NCBI GenBank assembly: GCA_963822445.1 | Contig: CAWGHO010000001.1 | Location: forward strand, 1,376,001-1,440,000 | Origin: an uncultured Acidobacteriota bacterium | GTDB lineage: Bacteria > Acidobacteriota > Thermoanaerobaculia > Gp7-AA8 | Length of the DNA: 64,000 nucleotides | Direction: 5' to 3' | In this document: positions 39,298-48,955 of the stretch, in pieces | Position numbering within the stretch: the stretch's first letter is position 1 | Layout: the number at the start of each line of letters is the position of its first letter | Translations under genes and position numbers: made by a program | Notes under the pieces: model-generated | What the model was told of the DNA's origin: nothing | Databases searched by the model: none | What the model saw: only the letters and a program-made list of their open reading frames with translations

Positions 39298-40200
39298 TTA
39301 GACCTTCTCCGGCTCGTACTTGCCGAACAATCCGCTCGGCCTGAACAGGAGGATCACGATCAGGATCACGAAGGCGATGGCGTCGCGGTAGTTCGAGAAC
39401 TGCGAGCCGCCGACGAACGATTCGATGATGCCGATGAGAATTCCACCGACGACTGCGCCGGGCACGTTGCCGATCCCGCCGAGGACCGCTGCGACGAAGG
39501 CCTTGAGCCCGGGCATGACGCCCATCAGCGGATCGATCTTCGGGTACGAGAGTCCGAACAGGATCCCCGCGACCGCGGCGAGCATCGAGCCGATGATGAA
39601 GGTGGTGGAGATCACGCGGTCCGTGGGAATGCCCATCAGCGACGCGGTCTCGAAGTTGTACGAAACCGCGCGCATGGCCCGGCCGAACTTCGTGCCGTAG
39701 ACGATGTACTGCAACAGAGCCATGAACGCGATGGCGACGCCGAGCACGATGAGCTGGTAGTTCGTCGTCACGACACCGCCGATGTTGATCAGATGCTTCT
39801 CGATCAGCGTCGGGAAGAATTTCGGATCGGGACCGAATACGAACTGGCCGCCGTACTCGAGCAGGAAGGACACGCCGATGGCGGTGATCAGCGACGCGAT
39901 GCGCGGCGCGTTGCGCAGCGGGCGGTAGGCAATGCGCTCATTGAGATAGCCGAGCGCGCCGCAGATGAGCATCGACAGAACGAGCACGATGCCCGCGTTC
40001 GCCCAGGAAGACCCGGTCCCGCCGTTGGCGACGTAACGGCCGGCGTAAAAACCGACGAACGAGCCGATCATGAACACGTCGCCGTGAGCGAAGTTGATCA
40101 GCTTGAGGATGCCGTACACCATCGTGTAGCCGAGGGCGATGAGGGCGTAGATCGAGCCGGCGGCAATCCCGTTGAGAAGATTCTGGAGGAGGGTCTGCAT
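39298..40200 (-). CDS. livH: branched-chain amino acid ABC transporter permease
   Basis: YALIALGYTMVYGILKLINFAHG, KAFVAAVLGGIG. Confidence 0.96.
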   Translation of the reverse strand: MQTLLQNLLNGIAAGSIYALIALGYTMVYGILKLINFAHGDVFMIGSFVGFYAGRYVANGGTGSSWANAGIVLVLSMLICGALGYLNERIAYRPLRNAPRIASLITAIGVSFLLEYGGQFVFGPDPKFFPTLIEKHLINIGGVVTTNYQLIVLGVAIAFMALLQYIVYGTKFGRAMRAVSYNFETASLMGIPTDRVISTTFIIGSMLAAVAGILFGLSYPKIDPLMGVMPGLKAFVAAVLGGIGNVPGAVVGGILIGIIESFVGGSQFSNYRDAIAFVILIVILLFRPSGLFGKYEPEKV

Positions 40201-40204
40201 TCAG

Positions 40205-40239
40205 AAAAAAGGTCCGGCGAAAACTACTCGCCGGACCTT
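40205..40239 (-). terminator. intra-operon Rho-independent terminator-like hairpin
   Basis: GGTCCGGCGA-7-nt loop-TCGCCGGACC then TTTTTT, between livK and livH. Confidence 0.7.
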
Positions 40240-40267
40240 GAGATGTAAAGGCTTTTGTTGCTACGGC

Positions 40268-41530
40268 TTACTGCGTGCGCGTGGTCGCCGTGGCCGGCAC
40301 GGAGCCGGTCGTTCCGGTGGTGTCGGTGGTGCTCGTTGGGGCGCCCTGTGGCGCCGAGCCGGCCATCGGATCGACGACACCCTTGAGGATAGTCGTGTTG
40401 TTGCGGACCTCGAGGATCGCCAGCTTCTTGCCGATCGGGTTGCGGTCCGGGCCGAGGGTGATGATGCCCGTGACGCCGGTGAAGTTCGCCGTCTTGGCAA
40501 TCTCGTCGCGCAGCTTCGGACCGTCGGTCGCGCCCGCGCGCTTGATGGCCTCGGCCAGAACACGCGCCGAGTCGTACGCCAACGCGGCGAGCGAGTCCGG
40601 CTTCGCGCCGAAGCGTTCCTGGTACTTCTGTACGAACTCGCGCACGGCGGGCGCCGGATCGTCGACGTGGTAGTGGTTCGAGTAGAAGCAGCCGTCGAGC
40701 GCCTTGCCACCGATCTCGAACAGCTTCGGCGACTCCCAGCCGTCGCCGCCGGCCAGAGGCTGCGTCATGCCGAGGTCGCGGGCCTGGATGGCGATCTGTC
40801 CGATCTCGTTGTAGTAGCCGGGAATGAAGATGACCTCGGGATTGGTGGATTTGATCGTGGTGAGCTGCGAGCGGAAGTCACTGTCGCCCTGCGCATAGCT
40901 CTGCTTGCCGACGATCTGTCCGCCGTTGGCGAGGAAGACGCGCTCGAAGTTCGCGGCCAAGCCGGTCGAGTAGTCGCTCTTCACGTCGATCAGGACCGCG
41001 GCCTTCTTCATGCCCAGTTGCCGGGACAGGTAGTTGGCCATGGCTTCGCCCTGGTACGGGTCGATGAAGCACATGCGGAAGATGTAGTCGCCGACCTGGG
41101 TCACCTTCTCGTTGGTCGACGACGGCGTGATCATCGGGACTTTGTTGTTCTGGCAGATCGGCGCCGCGGCGAGTGAGCTCGACGACGCGACTTCGCCGAG
41201 GATGGCCACGACCTGGTTCTGGGAGATCAGTTTGGTGACAGCGTTTGCCGCTTCCTCTGCCTTGGACTGGTCGTCCTCAGTGACGACTTTGATCTTGCGG
41301 CCGCCGACGCCGCCCGAGGCGTTGATCTCGTCGATCGCGAGCATGATCCCGTTGTGGGTCGACTGGCCGAACGTAGCCTGGCCGCCGGTGAGCGAACCGT
41401 ACTCGCCGACGAGGATCTCGCCGCCGCCGGCGTCGGCACTCGAAGCGCCGGTGCTTTCGGTTTTGGGCGGGCAGCCGAGGAAGGCCAGAGAGAGGATGAG
41501 CGTCAGGACAATCAGCAGTTTGTTGCGCAT
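40268..41530 (-). CDS. livK: branched-chain amino acid ABC transporter substrate-binding lipoprotein
   Basis: Lipobox FLGC; SLTGGQATFG, FRMCFIDPYQG, ALAYD. Confidence 0.93.
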   Translation of the reverse strand: MRNKLLIVLTLILSLAFLGCPPKTESTGASSADAGGGEILVGEYGSLTGGQATFGQSTHNGIMLAIDEINASGGVGGRKIKVVTEDDQSKAEEAANAVTKLISQNQVVAILGEVASSSSLAAAPICQNNKVPMITPSSTNEKVTQVGDYIFRMCFIDPYQGEAMANYLSRQLGMKKAAVLIDVKSDYSTGLAANFERVFLANGGQIVGKQSYAQGDSDFRSQLTTIKSTNPEVIFIPGYYNEIGQIAIQARDLGMTQPLAGGDGWESPKLFEIGGKALDGCFYSNHYHVDDPAPAVREFVQKYQERFGAKPDSLAALAYDSARVLAEAIKRAGATDGPKLRDEIAKTANFTGVTGIITLGPDRNPIGKKLAILEVRNNTTILKGVVDPMAGSAPQGAPTSTTDTTGTTGSVPATATTRTQ

Positions 41531-41600
41531 GGCGGCGAAGTATACGAAAACGGGGCCAGCCGTGACGCTTCCGGCCGTCCGTGCGTATGGAAGTCACAGA

Positions 41601-43787
41601 ATGTCCCGGGCTCCCCTTCTCCCCGTTTTGCTCCTCGCGCTCGCCCTTCCCGGTTCGGCTTCGATCGTGGCCGGACCCGAATCTCAACTGACGTCACCGG
41701 TCGTCGAGGCGGCCGCGTTCAAGCAATCACGCGCGCGCATCGCCACCGACGGCGACGGCTTTCTCACGGTCTGGGTCGAAGGCAACTGGTCCCGCAGTGC
41801 GATTCATGGCGCACGGCTCCTGGCGGACGGCACGACGGTCGGCGAGACGCTCCAGATCGCCGCGGCACCGAGTTATGAGCCGGGCGCGGACGTCGCGTTC
41901 GGCGGCGGCCGTTATCTCGTGAGCTGGTCGGAGCTCGGCGAGGGCGTATTCGCCCGCTTCGTCGAACGCGACGGAACGATGACCGCGCCGTTCCGCCTTT
42001 CCGAGCCCAGTCCCGGCACCGCGCACCGCGCCCCGCGGATCGCGTTCAACGGCCGGCTGTTCCTCGTGGCGTGGCGCGCGAACGCGGAGCGCGCGGGTCT
42101 CGGCGCGGCGCTGGTGAGCCCGTCCGCGGGTCTCGTGAAGACGATCGATCTCGGCAGCGCGGAAGGCTATGTCGATGACTTCGCCCTCGCCGCCGCGGAC
42201 GGCTCGTTCTACCTCGCCAGCTCGCGGTTCGACGTCATCGACCGCGACGTCACCGTGACGAAGATCGAAGAGGACGGATCGTTCTCCGCGCGGCAGACAG
42301 TGGCGCCCGGCGGCCTACAAACGTCGAGCGTGCTCGGTATCTCCGGCGATGAGAATGCCCTCCTCGCATGGACCACGGTCGCCGAAAATTCGGTGCGCAC
42401 GATTCACAGCTTCCGCGCCGGCGCCGGCGGCATCGGGCCGGTCGAATCGTTCGACATCGGCTTCGATCAACTCGACGCGCTCGTGGCCGATCACTCGGGT
42501 CATCTGATCATCTTCGGCAGCGCGATCTCGCGAAAGGCGCAGCGCGCCGGCACAACCGAGACATTCGAGATCTCTTCCCCGCCGCCGAGCTCGCGAGTCG
42601 ACGCCGGTGCGACCGGCGCGGCCGGAACAGTGCTCGTCTCGGAGACGATCGCCGTCGATCATCCCGAGGAATACGATCTTTACGCTCATCGCATCGGCGA
42701 GGAGAGCTTCGAGCCGCTGGTCACCGCCGAACGGCATCAGACCGCTCCGGAAATCGCGGCGGCCGGATCGACGCGGCTCGCGGTCTGGTCGGAGTGGAAC
42801 GCGACGGAGCGGAAGCGTGTGATCGCCGCGGCGCGCATCGACCGCAACGGGGTCGTGCTCGACCCGGTCGCGATCGAGGTCGCGGAGACGAGCGGATATC
42901 GCCTGCCGCAGCCGCGCGTCGCATCGAATGGCTCGCAGTGGCTCGTGATCTGGATCGACAAAGGCACGCTCAAAGCCGCGCGCGTGTCGCGCACAGGGCG
43001 GCTGCTCGACGAGACGCCGGCGACCATCGCCTTGTTCGTCGTTTACTCGGACGACGTCGAGGTCGCGTGGGATGGCAGCTCGTACGTCATCGTCTACATC
43101 ATCGGCACGCCGACACGCCTCGGCGCGCAGATGAATGTCATCGCCGCGCGCGTTTCGGCGGAGGGCGAGGTTCTGACGCCGTACTCCGTGCTGTCGCCGA
43201 ACGGGGCCTACTTCGAGCCGGCCATCGCTGCCGGGCCGTCAGGCTCGCTGGTGGTCTGGACGGCGACGGTTGCCGGGCGAACCGAGGGGGCGTTGCTGTC
43301 GCGGACGGGGACGGTGACGCCGATTGCTTTCCCGCGGGACGGCATCGCTGTTCGCTACGCGGCCGTCGCGTGGAACGGCGACACGTTCCTCGTGGCGGCG
43401 CCGTTTGCGGACGGCGCGATCCGCTGGTTTTTCGTCAGCGAGACCGGCGTGGTGACGGCGGCGCCCGCGCTCACCTCGCTGCCATGGGCGATGCCGGAGA
43501 CCGCGCGAATGACCGCGGTCGAAGTGCAACCGCACGGCGACGGCTTCCTGCTGACGTATGTGAATGAAGGGACGATCGTCGCCGCGGTCATCAACCGCGC
43601 GGGTTACGTCGAAGAGCTGCCGGTGGTGGTCGCGCGGCTCAATCCGCAGGAGAAGAGCTTCGGCATGAGCGGATCGACGATCGTGTACGCGCGGCAGACC
43701 GACCCGGTGCACGATCTGCTCTCGCGCATTTTCATGAGAGAGCTGAAGATCGTTGTTGATCCGCCGCGCAGACGTACGGTGCGTTAG
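41601..43787 (+). CDS. exported beta-propeller-like repeat protein with C-terminal RRRTVR
   Basis: Signal peptide; at least 8 repeats like (I/V)AxxGxxxLxxW; ends DPPRRRTVR. Confidence 0.8.
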   Translation: MSRAPLLPVLLLALALPGSASIVAGPESQLTSPVVEAAAFKQSRARIATDGDGFLTVWVEGNWSRSAIHGARLLADGTTVGETLQIAAAPSYEPGADVAFGGGRYLVSWSELGEGVFARFVERDGTMTAPFRLSEPSPGTAHRAPRIAFNGRLFLVAWRANAERAGLGAALVSPSAGLVKTIDLGSAEGYVDDFALAAADGSFYLASSRFDVIDRDVTVTKIEEDGSFSARQTVAPGGLQTSSVLGISGDENALLAWTTVAENSVRTIHSFRAGAGGIGPVESFDIGFDQLDALVADHSGHLIIFGSAISRKAQRAGTTETFEISSPPPSSRVDAGATGAAGTVLVSETIAVDHPEEYDLYAHRIGEESFEPLVTAERHQTAPEIAAAGSTRLAVWSEWNATERKRVIAAARIDRNGVVLDPVAIEVAETSGYRLPQPRVASNGSQWLVIWIDKGTLKAARVSRTGRLLDETPATIALFVVYSDDVEVAWDGSSYVIVYIIGTPTRLGAQMNVIAARVSAEGEVLTPYSVLSPNGAYFEPAIAAGPSGSLVVWTATVAGRTEGALLSRTGTVTPIAFPRDGIAVRYAAVAWNGDTFLVAAPFADGAIRWFFVSETGVVTAAPALTSLPWAMPETARMTAVEVQPHGDGFLLTYVNEGTIVAAVINRAGYVEELPVVVARLNPQEKSFGMSGSTIVYARQTDPVHDLLSRIFMRELKIVVDPPRRRTVR

Positions 43788-45233
43788 AGGTTCACCCAGA
43801 CGCTCTTGGTCTGCGTGTACTTCTCCAGCGCGTCGCGACCCTGATCGCGGCCGAATCCCGACTCCTTGAATCCACCGAAAGGCAGGGCCGGGTCGTACAG
43901 GTTGTACGTGTTCACCCAGACCGTTCCGGCCTTCAGCGCGCGCGCGATCTTGTGGGCCTTCGACACGTCGCGGGTCCAGACCGCTGCGGCGAGTCCATAG
44001 ACCGTGGCGTTGCCTTTGGCGACGGCATCATCGGCGTCTTTGAAGCGGATCGTGGCCAGGACCGGGCCGAAGATTTCTTCGCGGGCGATGCGATGGTCGG
44101 CGTCGACGTCGGTGAAGATCGTCGGCTTCACGAAGTAGCCCTTGCCGGTGCCGATGTCGGTGCGCTCGCCACCGGTGAGCAGCGTTGCGCCTTCGCTCTT
44201 CCCCGCTTCGATGTAGGAAAGCACGGTGTCCATCTGGTCTTTGGAGACGATGGCGCCGAGGCGGGTTTTGGGGTGGAGGGGGTCGCCGGCGACCATCTTC
44301 GAGGCCCGCTCGGCGACTTTTTCCATGAACGCGTCGTGCACCGATTCCTCGACCAGCAGGCGCGAGCCCGCGGCGCAGACTTCGCCTTTGCCGTAGAAGA
44401 TCGCGTTGAGCGCACCGCGCGATGCCGCTTCGAGATCGGCGTCTGCGAGGACGATGTTCGGGGACTTCCCGCCCAGTTCGAGGGAGATCTTTTTCAAGCG
44501 TTTTCGACGCGCGGGCCATGAGCTGCCGTCCCACTTCCGTCGAACCGGTGAAGGCGATCGCGTCGACGCCGGGATGATCGACGATCGCGTTGCCGACCAC
44601 GCTTCCGCGGCCGGGAATCACGTTGAGCACGCCCGCTGGCAGGCCGCACTCTTTCGCGTACTCAGCGAATTTCAGAAGGGAGAGCGAGGTGTTGGATGCC
44701 GGCTTGATGACGACCGTGTTTCCGCACGCCAGCGCAGGCGCGATCTTCCAGACCGCGAGCATGAGCGGGAAGTTCCACGGAGTGATCGCGCCGACGACAC
44801 CAACCGGCTCGCGCAGCGTGTACGTGAAAGCGTTGTCGGCGACGGGAATCGTGTCGCCGGTGACTTTCCCCGACCAGCCCGCGAAGTAGTAAAGGCACTC
44901 CGCGGCCGCGGGGGTGTCGACGAACTGCGATTCGAAAATCGGCTTGCCGTTGTCGATGGTCTCGATGCGCCCGATCTCGTCCGCCTTCGCGGTGAGCATG
45001 TCCGCGATCCGCCAGAGCACTTTCGCGCGGTCGCGAGGCTTCATCTTCTGCCACTCCGACCCCGGTTCCATCTGCGCCCGCGCGGCCTTCACCGCCGCGT
45101 CGACGTCTTCCGGACCGGCGGATGCAACATCCGCGATCTTTTCCTCGGTCGCAGGGTTGGTGGTGGCGAACGTCTCGCCGGATTGGGCGTCGGTGAAGTC
45201 ACCGTTGATGAAGAGCTGGGTTTGCATGGTCAT
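43784..45233 (-). CDS. aldehyde dehydrogenase (frameshift near 44498)
   Basis: PWNFP, FTGSTEVG in one frame; LELGGKSP, VCAAGSR, EEIFGPV, PFGGFKESG in the next. Confidence 0.92.
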
Positions 45234-46339
45234 TTCGCTGCGACTTCCTCGACATACGGCGTGATCTCGAAGTTCTTCACGTACATCGCGTGGATCTCTT
45301 CCATCTCCGCATCGGTCAGCGGTGCGTGTTCGGATGCGGCGGCGAACTCCTCGATCTGCTCTTCGTCGTAGATGTTCGGCAGCGCGGAGACGATCGACGG
45401 ATGGGCGTAGAGCCAGAGCAGCGCGAGCTGGCCGATGGTTACGCCGCGGTTCTCGCAGAGCGGTTTCAGGCGCTCGACTTTCTGGATTCCTTCGACCAGC
45501 CAGGAGCGCGGACGGTGGGAGCGGTGGTCGCTCTCGTCGAACTTCGTGTCGATCGTGTACTTGCCCTCGAGCATGCCCGAGGAGTGGGTGACGCGGATGA
45601 GGAACTGCGGGCCGGCGTCCGACTTCCATGCGCGGAACTCGGGCTCGAACGCGCTGGTGGTCTCGCACAGCCGCTTGCTGGTCTCGCCCTGCATCGCACC
45701 GGCAACCGCGCCGTACGACGCCCCGCGCTCGGCGGCGAGCATGAACTCGCGTCCCGGATCCTGCTCGAGGACGTTGTAGATCATCTGCGTGACTGGCGCG
45801 CGGCGCACGGCGGCGGAGTAAATCCCCTCGTCGCGCCAGCCGATGGCGGGACCGAGCGACGGACCGTAGGAGAAGATCTTCCCCTCTTCCTTCAGCCGCT
45901 CCAGCGTTTCCCAATGCTCGTCGGTGAGCAGCGTGGTGACGCGCGGGTTGTGCGGCTGATAGATCGCGACGTGATCGGTGCCGAGCCGCTTCAGCGACTG
46001 CTCGAGCGCGAAGCGGACGAACGCCGGCGAGAAGTCCTGGGGCAGCTCGCGCTGGCCGCGGGGACGCTCGGGATTGTTGTAGAAGTCGTAGCCGAACTTC
46101 GTGCCGACGGCGAGCTCGGGATGATCTTTGAGGATCGGCGCGAGGACGGTTTCGCCGCGGCCGTTGCCGTAAGCGTCGGCGGTATCGATGTAGTTGATGC
46201 CGCGAGCGATGGCCGCGCGGATGATGCGCTGCGCGTCGTCGTCGGTGTACGTCCCCCACCAGCCGGTGGTGACGGTCCAGGTGCCGAAGCCGAGCTCGGA
46301 AATCGCGATGTCGGTGCCGTGCAGGTTGCGATATCTCAT
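45230..46339 (-). CDS. aldo/keto reductase
   Basis: SELGFGTW, IDTADAYGNG, GTKFG, SLKRLGTD. Confidence 0.92.
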   Translation of the reverse strand: MRYRNLHGTDIAISELGFGTWTVTTGWWGTYTDDDAQRIIRAAIARGINYIDTADAYGNGRGETVLAPILKDHPELAVGTKFGYDFYNNPERPRGQRELPQDFSPAFVRFALEQSLKRLGTDHVAIYQPHNPRVTTLLTDEHWETLERLKEEGKIFSYGPSLGPAIGWRDEGIYSAAVRRAPVTQMIYNVLEQDPGREFMLAAERGASYGAVAGAMQGETSKRLCETTSAFEPEFRAWKSDAGPQFLIRVTHSSGMLEGKYTIDTKFDESDHRSHRPRSWLVEGIQKVERLKPLCENRGVTIGQLALLWLYAHPSIVSALPNIYDEEQIEEFAAASEHAPLTDAEMEEIHAMYVKNFEITPYVEEVAAK

Positions 46340-46343
46340 ATCT

Positions 46344-46417
46344 GGGTTTCGAGGTTACGAGGTCGCGGGGTTACGGGGTACCCACCTCGTGACCCCGTAA
46401 CCTCGTGACCCCGTAAC
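46344..46417. repeat. palindromic octamer-repeat element A5
   Basis: GGGTTTC GAGGTTAC GAGGTCGC GGGGTTAC GGGGT-ACCC-ACCTC GTGACCCC GTAACCTC GTGACCCC GTAAC. Confidence 0.92.
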
Positions 46418-46427
46418 GTCCGGCCGC

Positions 46428-47229
46428 TCAGCGGCCGGAGAATTCCGCCTTTCGCCTCTCGTTATACGCCGCCAGCCCTTCCTTCGCATCGTCGCTCTGG
46501 AAGAGTTGCTGCTGCAGCTCGCGCTCGAGGGCAAGACCGGATTCGATGGGAATCTCCCAGCCAGTCTGCACGGCGCGCTTGATGCGGCCGACCGCTTTCG
46601 CCGCCTTGTTCGGCGGGCAGAAGCTCCAGGCGTACTCCATGACCCGGTCCCACCACTTCTTCCCGTCTTCCTCGGCCGGCCAGACGTAGTTCACCACGCC
46701 GAGCTCGCAGGGCTTTTTCGAACTCGTGCAAGCCGCCTTCGACCATCAACTCGATCGATTTCGTTTTGCCGACGAGGCGCGAGAGCCGCTGCGTGCCGCC
46801 CGTACCGGGGAGAACGCCGAGGTTGACTTCCGGGAGGCCCCATTTGCCGGAGCCCTTGAGGGCGATGCGGATGTCGGCGGCGAGCGCGATCTCCAGTCCG
46901 CCGCCGACGGTGTGCCCGTTCAGCGCGGCGATGACGAGCTTCGGCGTCTGCTCGAGCCGGTTCATGGTCTCGTTCGCGTGCAGGCAGAAGTAGTACTTGA
47001 ACTGCGGCGTGACCTCGGAAAGCATCTTGATGTTCGCGCCGGCGGAGAAGAACTTCTCGCCCGCGCCGCGCAGCACGATCACGTGCACTTCGTCGTCCAT
47101 CCGCGCGCGCAGGATGCAGTCATCCAGCTCGCGGTTCATCTCGTAGGTGTAGGTGTTCGCGGGCGGATCGTTCAGCTCGAAGATCGCGACGCCCTTTTCA
47201 ACGCGGTAGTCGATGAGGGTTCCAGCCAT
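46428..47229 (-). CDS. enoyl-CoA hydratase/isomerase (frameshift near 46708)
   Basis: FSAGANI, GGGLEIALAADIR, PEVNLGVLPGTGGTQRL; C-terminus DAKEGLAAY in the shifted frame. Confidence 0.9.
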
Positions 47230-47246
47230 AGGGCGGCGATTCTAGT

Positions 47247-48317
47247 TCAGAGCCCATCCCCGAACGAGATCCCCAGACTGCGCGCTGCCGACACCATCTG
47301 CCCCGCGGGATCGACGTACTTCGGCCGGGAGACGGCATCGCTGATGTTCACGTCGACGATCGCGTCGGAGCGCACGGCCACCATCCGCCCGAACTTCTTT
47401 TGCGCGACGAGATCCGCGGCGTGCTTGCCGAACCGGCTGGCCAGGATGCGGTCGAAGGCGATCGGTGAGCCGCCGCGCTGCACGTGTCCGAGGACTGTGA
47501 CGCGGATCTCGAGATCGATGTGCTGCTGGATCTCGGACGCGACCTGATAGGCGATGCCGCCGAGGCGGCGCGAGGCCTTGTCGACGTAAGCCTCTTCGCC
47601 GCCGACGCGCATGGCCCCCTCGGCCACGACCACGATGTCGAATCGCGCCCCTTCCCCCTGCCGTTCGCGGATCATCTCCACGATCGCTTCGGGGCGGTAG
47701 GGGATCTCGGGGATGAGGATGATGTCCGCGCCGCCGGCCATGCCCGCGTGGAGCGCGATCCAGCCCGCGTTGCGGCCCATGACCTCGAGGATCATCACCC
47801 GGTCGTGGCTCTCGGCCGTGGTGTGCAGGCGGTCGACGGCATCGGTCGCGACGGCGACCGCGGTATGGAAGCCGAAGGTGTAGTCGGTCGCCGCGAGATC
47901 GTTGTCGATCGTCTTCGGGCACGGCCACCATGGGGATGCCCATCTCGCAGAGCCGCTGGGCGATCCGCAGCGTGCCGTCGCCGCCGATGGCGATGATGCC
48001 GTCGATGCCGAGCTCGCGGATGTTGTCGACGCACTCCTGCGAGCGGTCCTCGACGGCACGCCGTCCGGCCCGGGATACTCGAACGGGTTGCCGCGGTTGG
48101 TGGTGCGCAGCAGCGTTCCGCCTTGCGGCAGCATGCCCGCGGCATCGGACTCGAGCGTGAGCGGAACGATGGCCTTCGTGAGCAGCCCTTCGAAGCCGAG
48201 CTGGATGCCGACCACCTCCATCCCGTAGTCGCGCACGAGGGTTCTGACCGCCGCGCGGATGACTGCGTTGAGACCGGGACAATCGCCGCCGCCGGTGAGG
48301 ATGCCGATGCGTTTCAT
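47247..48317 (-). CDS. pfkA: 6-phosphofructokinase (several compensating frameshifts)
   Basis: ILTGGGDCPGLNAVI, IGGDGT (other frame), PKTIDND, EVMGRNAGW, VLGHVQRGG. Confidence 0.93.
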   Translation of the reverse strand: MKRIGILTGGGDCPGLNAVIRAAVRTLVRDYGMEVVGIQLGFEGLLTKAIVPLTLESDAAGMLPQGGTLLRTTNRGNPFEYPGPDGVPSRTARRSASTTSASSASTASSPSAATARCGSPSGSARWASPWWPCPKTIDNDLAATDYTFGFHTAVAVATDAVDRLHTTAESHDRVMILEVMGRNAGWIALHAGMAGGADIILIPEIPYRPEAIVEMIRERQGEGARFDIVVVAEGAMRVGGEEAYVDKASRRLGGIAYQVASEIQQHIDLEIRVTVLGHVQRGGSPIAFDRILASRFGKHAADLVAQKKFGRMVAVRSDAIVDVNISDAVSRPKYVDPAGQMVSAARSLGISFGDGL

Positions 48318-48423
48318 GGGCGGAGCACTATCAGAGAGGAGGACCGGTCTGCGGCCGGCAGTAGACGTGAGCGGTGTCACGTCTGCCGGTTCGCCCTGCC
48401 TACTGCGACTGCCAGCGCTCTTG

Positions 48424-48439
48424 TGGCACTGCCATTGCT
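48424..48439 (+). promoter_or_regulatory. putative sigma-54 promoter
   Basis: TGGCAC-N5-TTGCT, an exact -24/-12 consensus, 35 nt before ATG 48475. Confidence 0.65.
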
Positions 48440-48474
48440 CAGCAGTACCCGCGCGTCAACTTGGAGGAAAACAG

Positions 48475-48729
48475 ATGAATATCATTGGATGGATCCTGTT
48501 CGGCCTGGTCGTCGGCGCGATCGCAAAGTTCTTGATGCCTGGTAGCGATCCGGGCGGCTGGATCGTCACCATTCTTCTCGGCATCGCCGGCTCGTTCGTC
48601 GGCGGCTTCCTGGCCACGACCCTCATGGGACGCGATCAGGCCGCGGCGGGATGGATCGGCTCGATCATCGGCGCGATCGTTCTGCTGTTCATCTATCGCC
48701 TGATCGTCGGCCGTCGTCGAATCGCTTGA
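48475..48729 (+). CDS. GlsB/YeaQ/YmgE stress-response membrane protein
   Basis: WILFGLVVGAIAKFLMPG...TILLGIAGSFVGG...SIIGAIVLL; GGAGG RBS. Confidence 0.93.
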   Translation: MNIIGWILFGLVVGAIAKFLMPGSDPGGWIVTILLGIAGSFVGGFLATTLMGRDQAAAGWIGSIIGAIVLLFIYRLIVGRRRIA

Positions 48730-48759
48730 CCTCAATCCCGAAGTACCTACCCCCTGGTC

Positions 48760-48794
48760 CGGGCCTCGCGTGAGCGAGGCCCGTTTTCGTTTTT
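48760..48794 (+). terminator. Rho-independent terminator
   Basis: CGGGCCTCGC-GTGA-GCGAGGCCCG then TTTTCGTTTTT. Confidence 0.85.
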
Positions 48795-48810
48795 GTAACC
48801 CACCACCTCC

Positions 48811-48838
48811 GGAACATTTGGTCACGCTGTCCGTCTGA
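48811..48838 (+). promoter_or_regulatory. putative sigmaE-type ECF promoter of degP
   Basis: GGAAC-N17-GTCTGA. Confidence 0.6.
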
Positions 48839-48867
48839 AACGTACAGCGGGAATCGGGGCCGCCCGC

Positions 48868-48883
48868 TGGCACTTACGCTGCA
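48868..48883 (+). promoter_or_regulatory. possible sigma-54 promoter of degP
   Basis: TGGCAC-N5-CTGCA. Confidence 0.4.
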
Positions 48884-48955
48884 CGGCAAGGCTGCTCGTT
48901 CAAAACGCCCGGTTCTGCTTCCTCACGCAGCCACCCAGGAGGAGTTAACAACCTT

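Noticed and set aside
44028-46259. 743-aa ORF suggesting an AKR-ALDH fusion
   Set aside because: It is an off-frame read through the AKR gene into the ALDH N-terminal half, then off-frame again after the indel.
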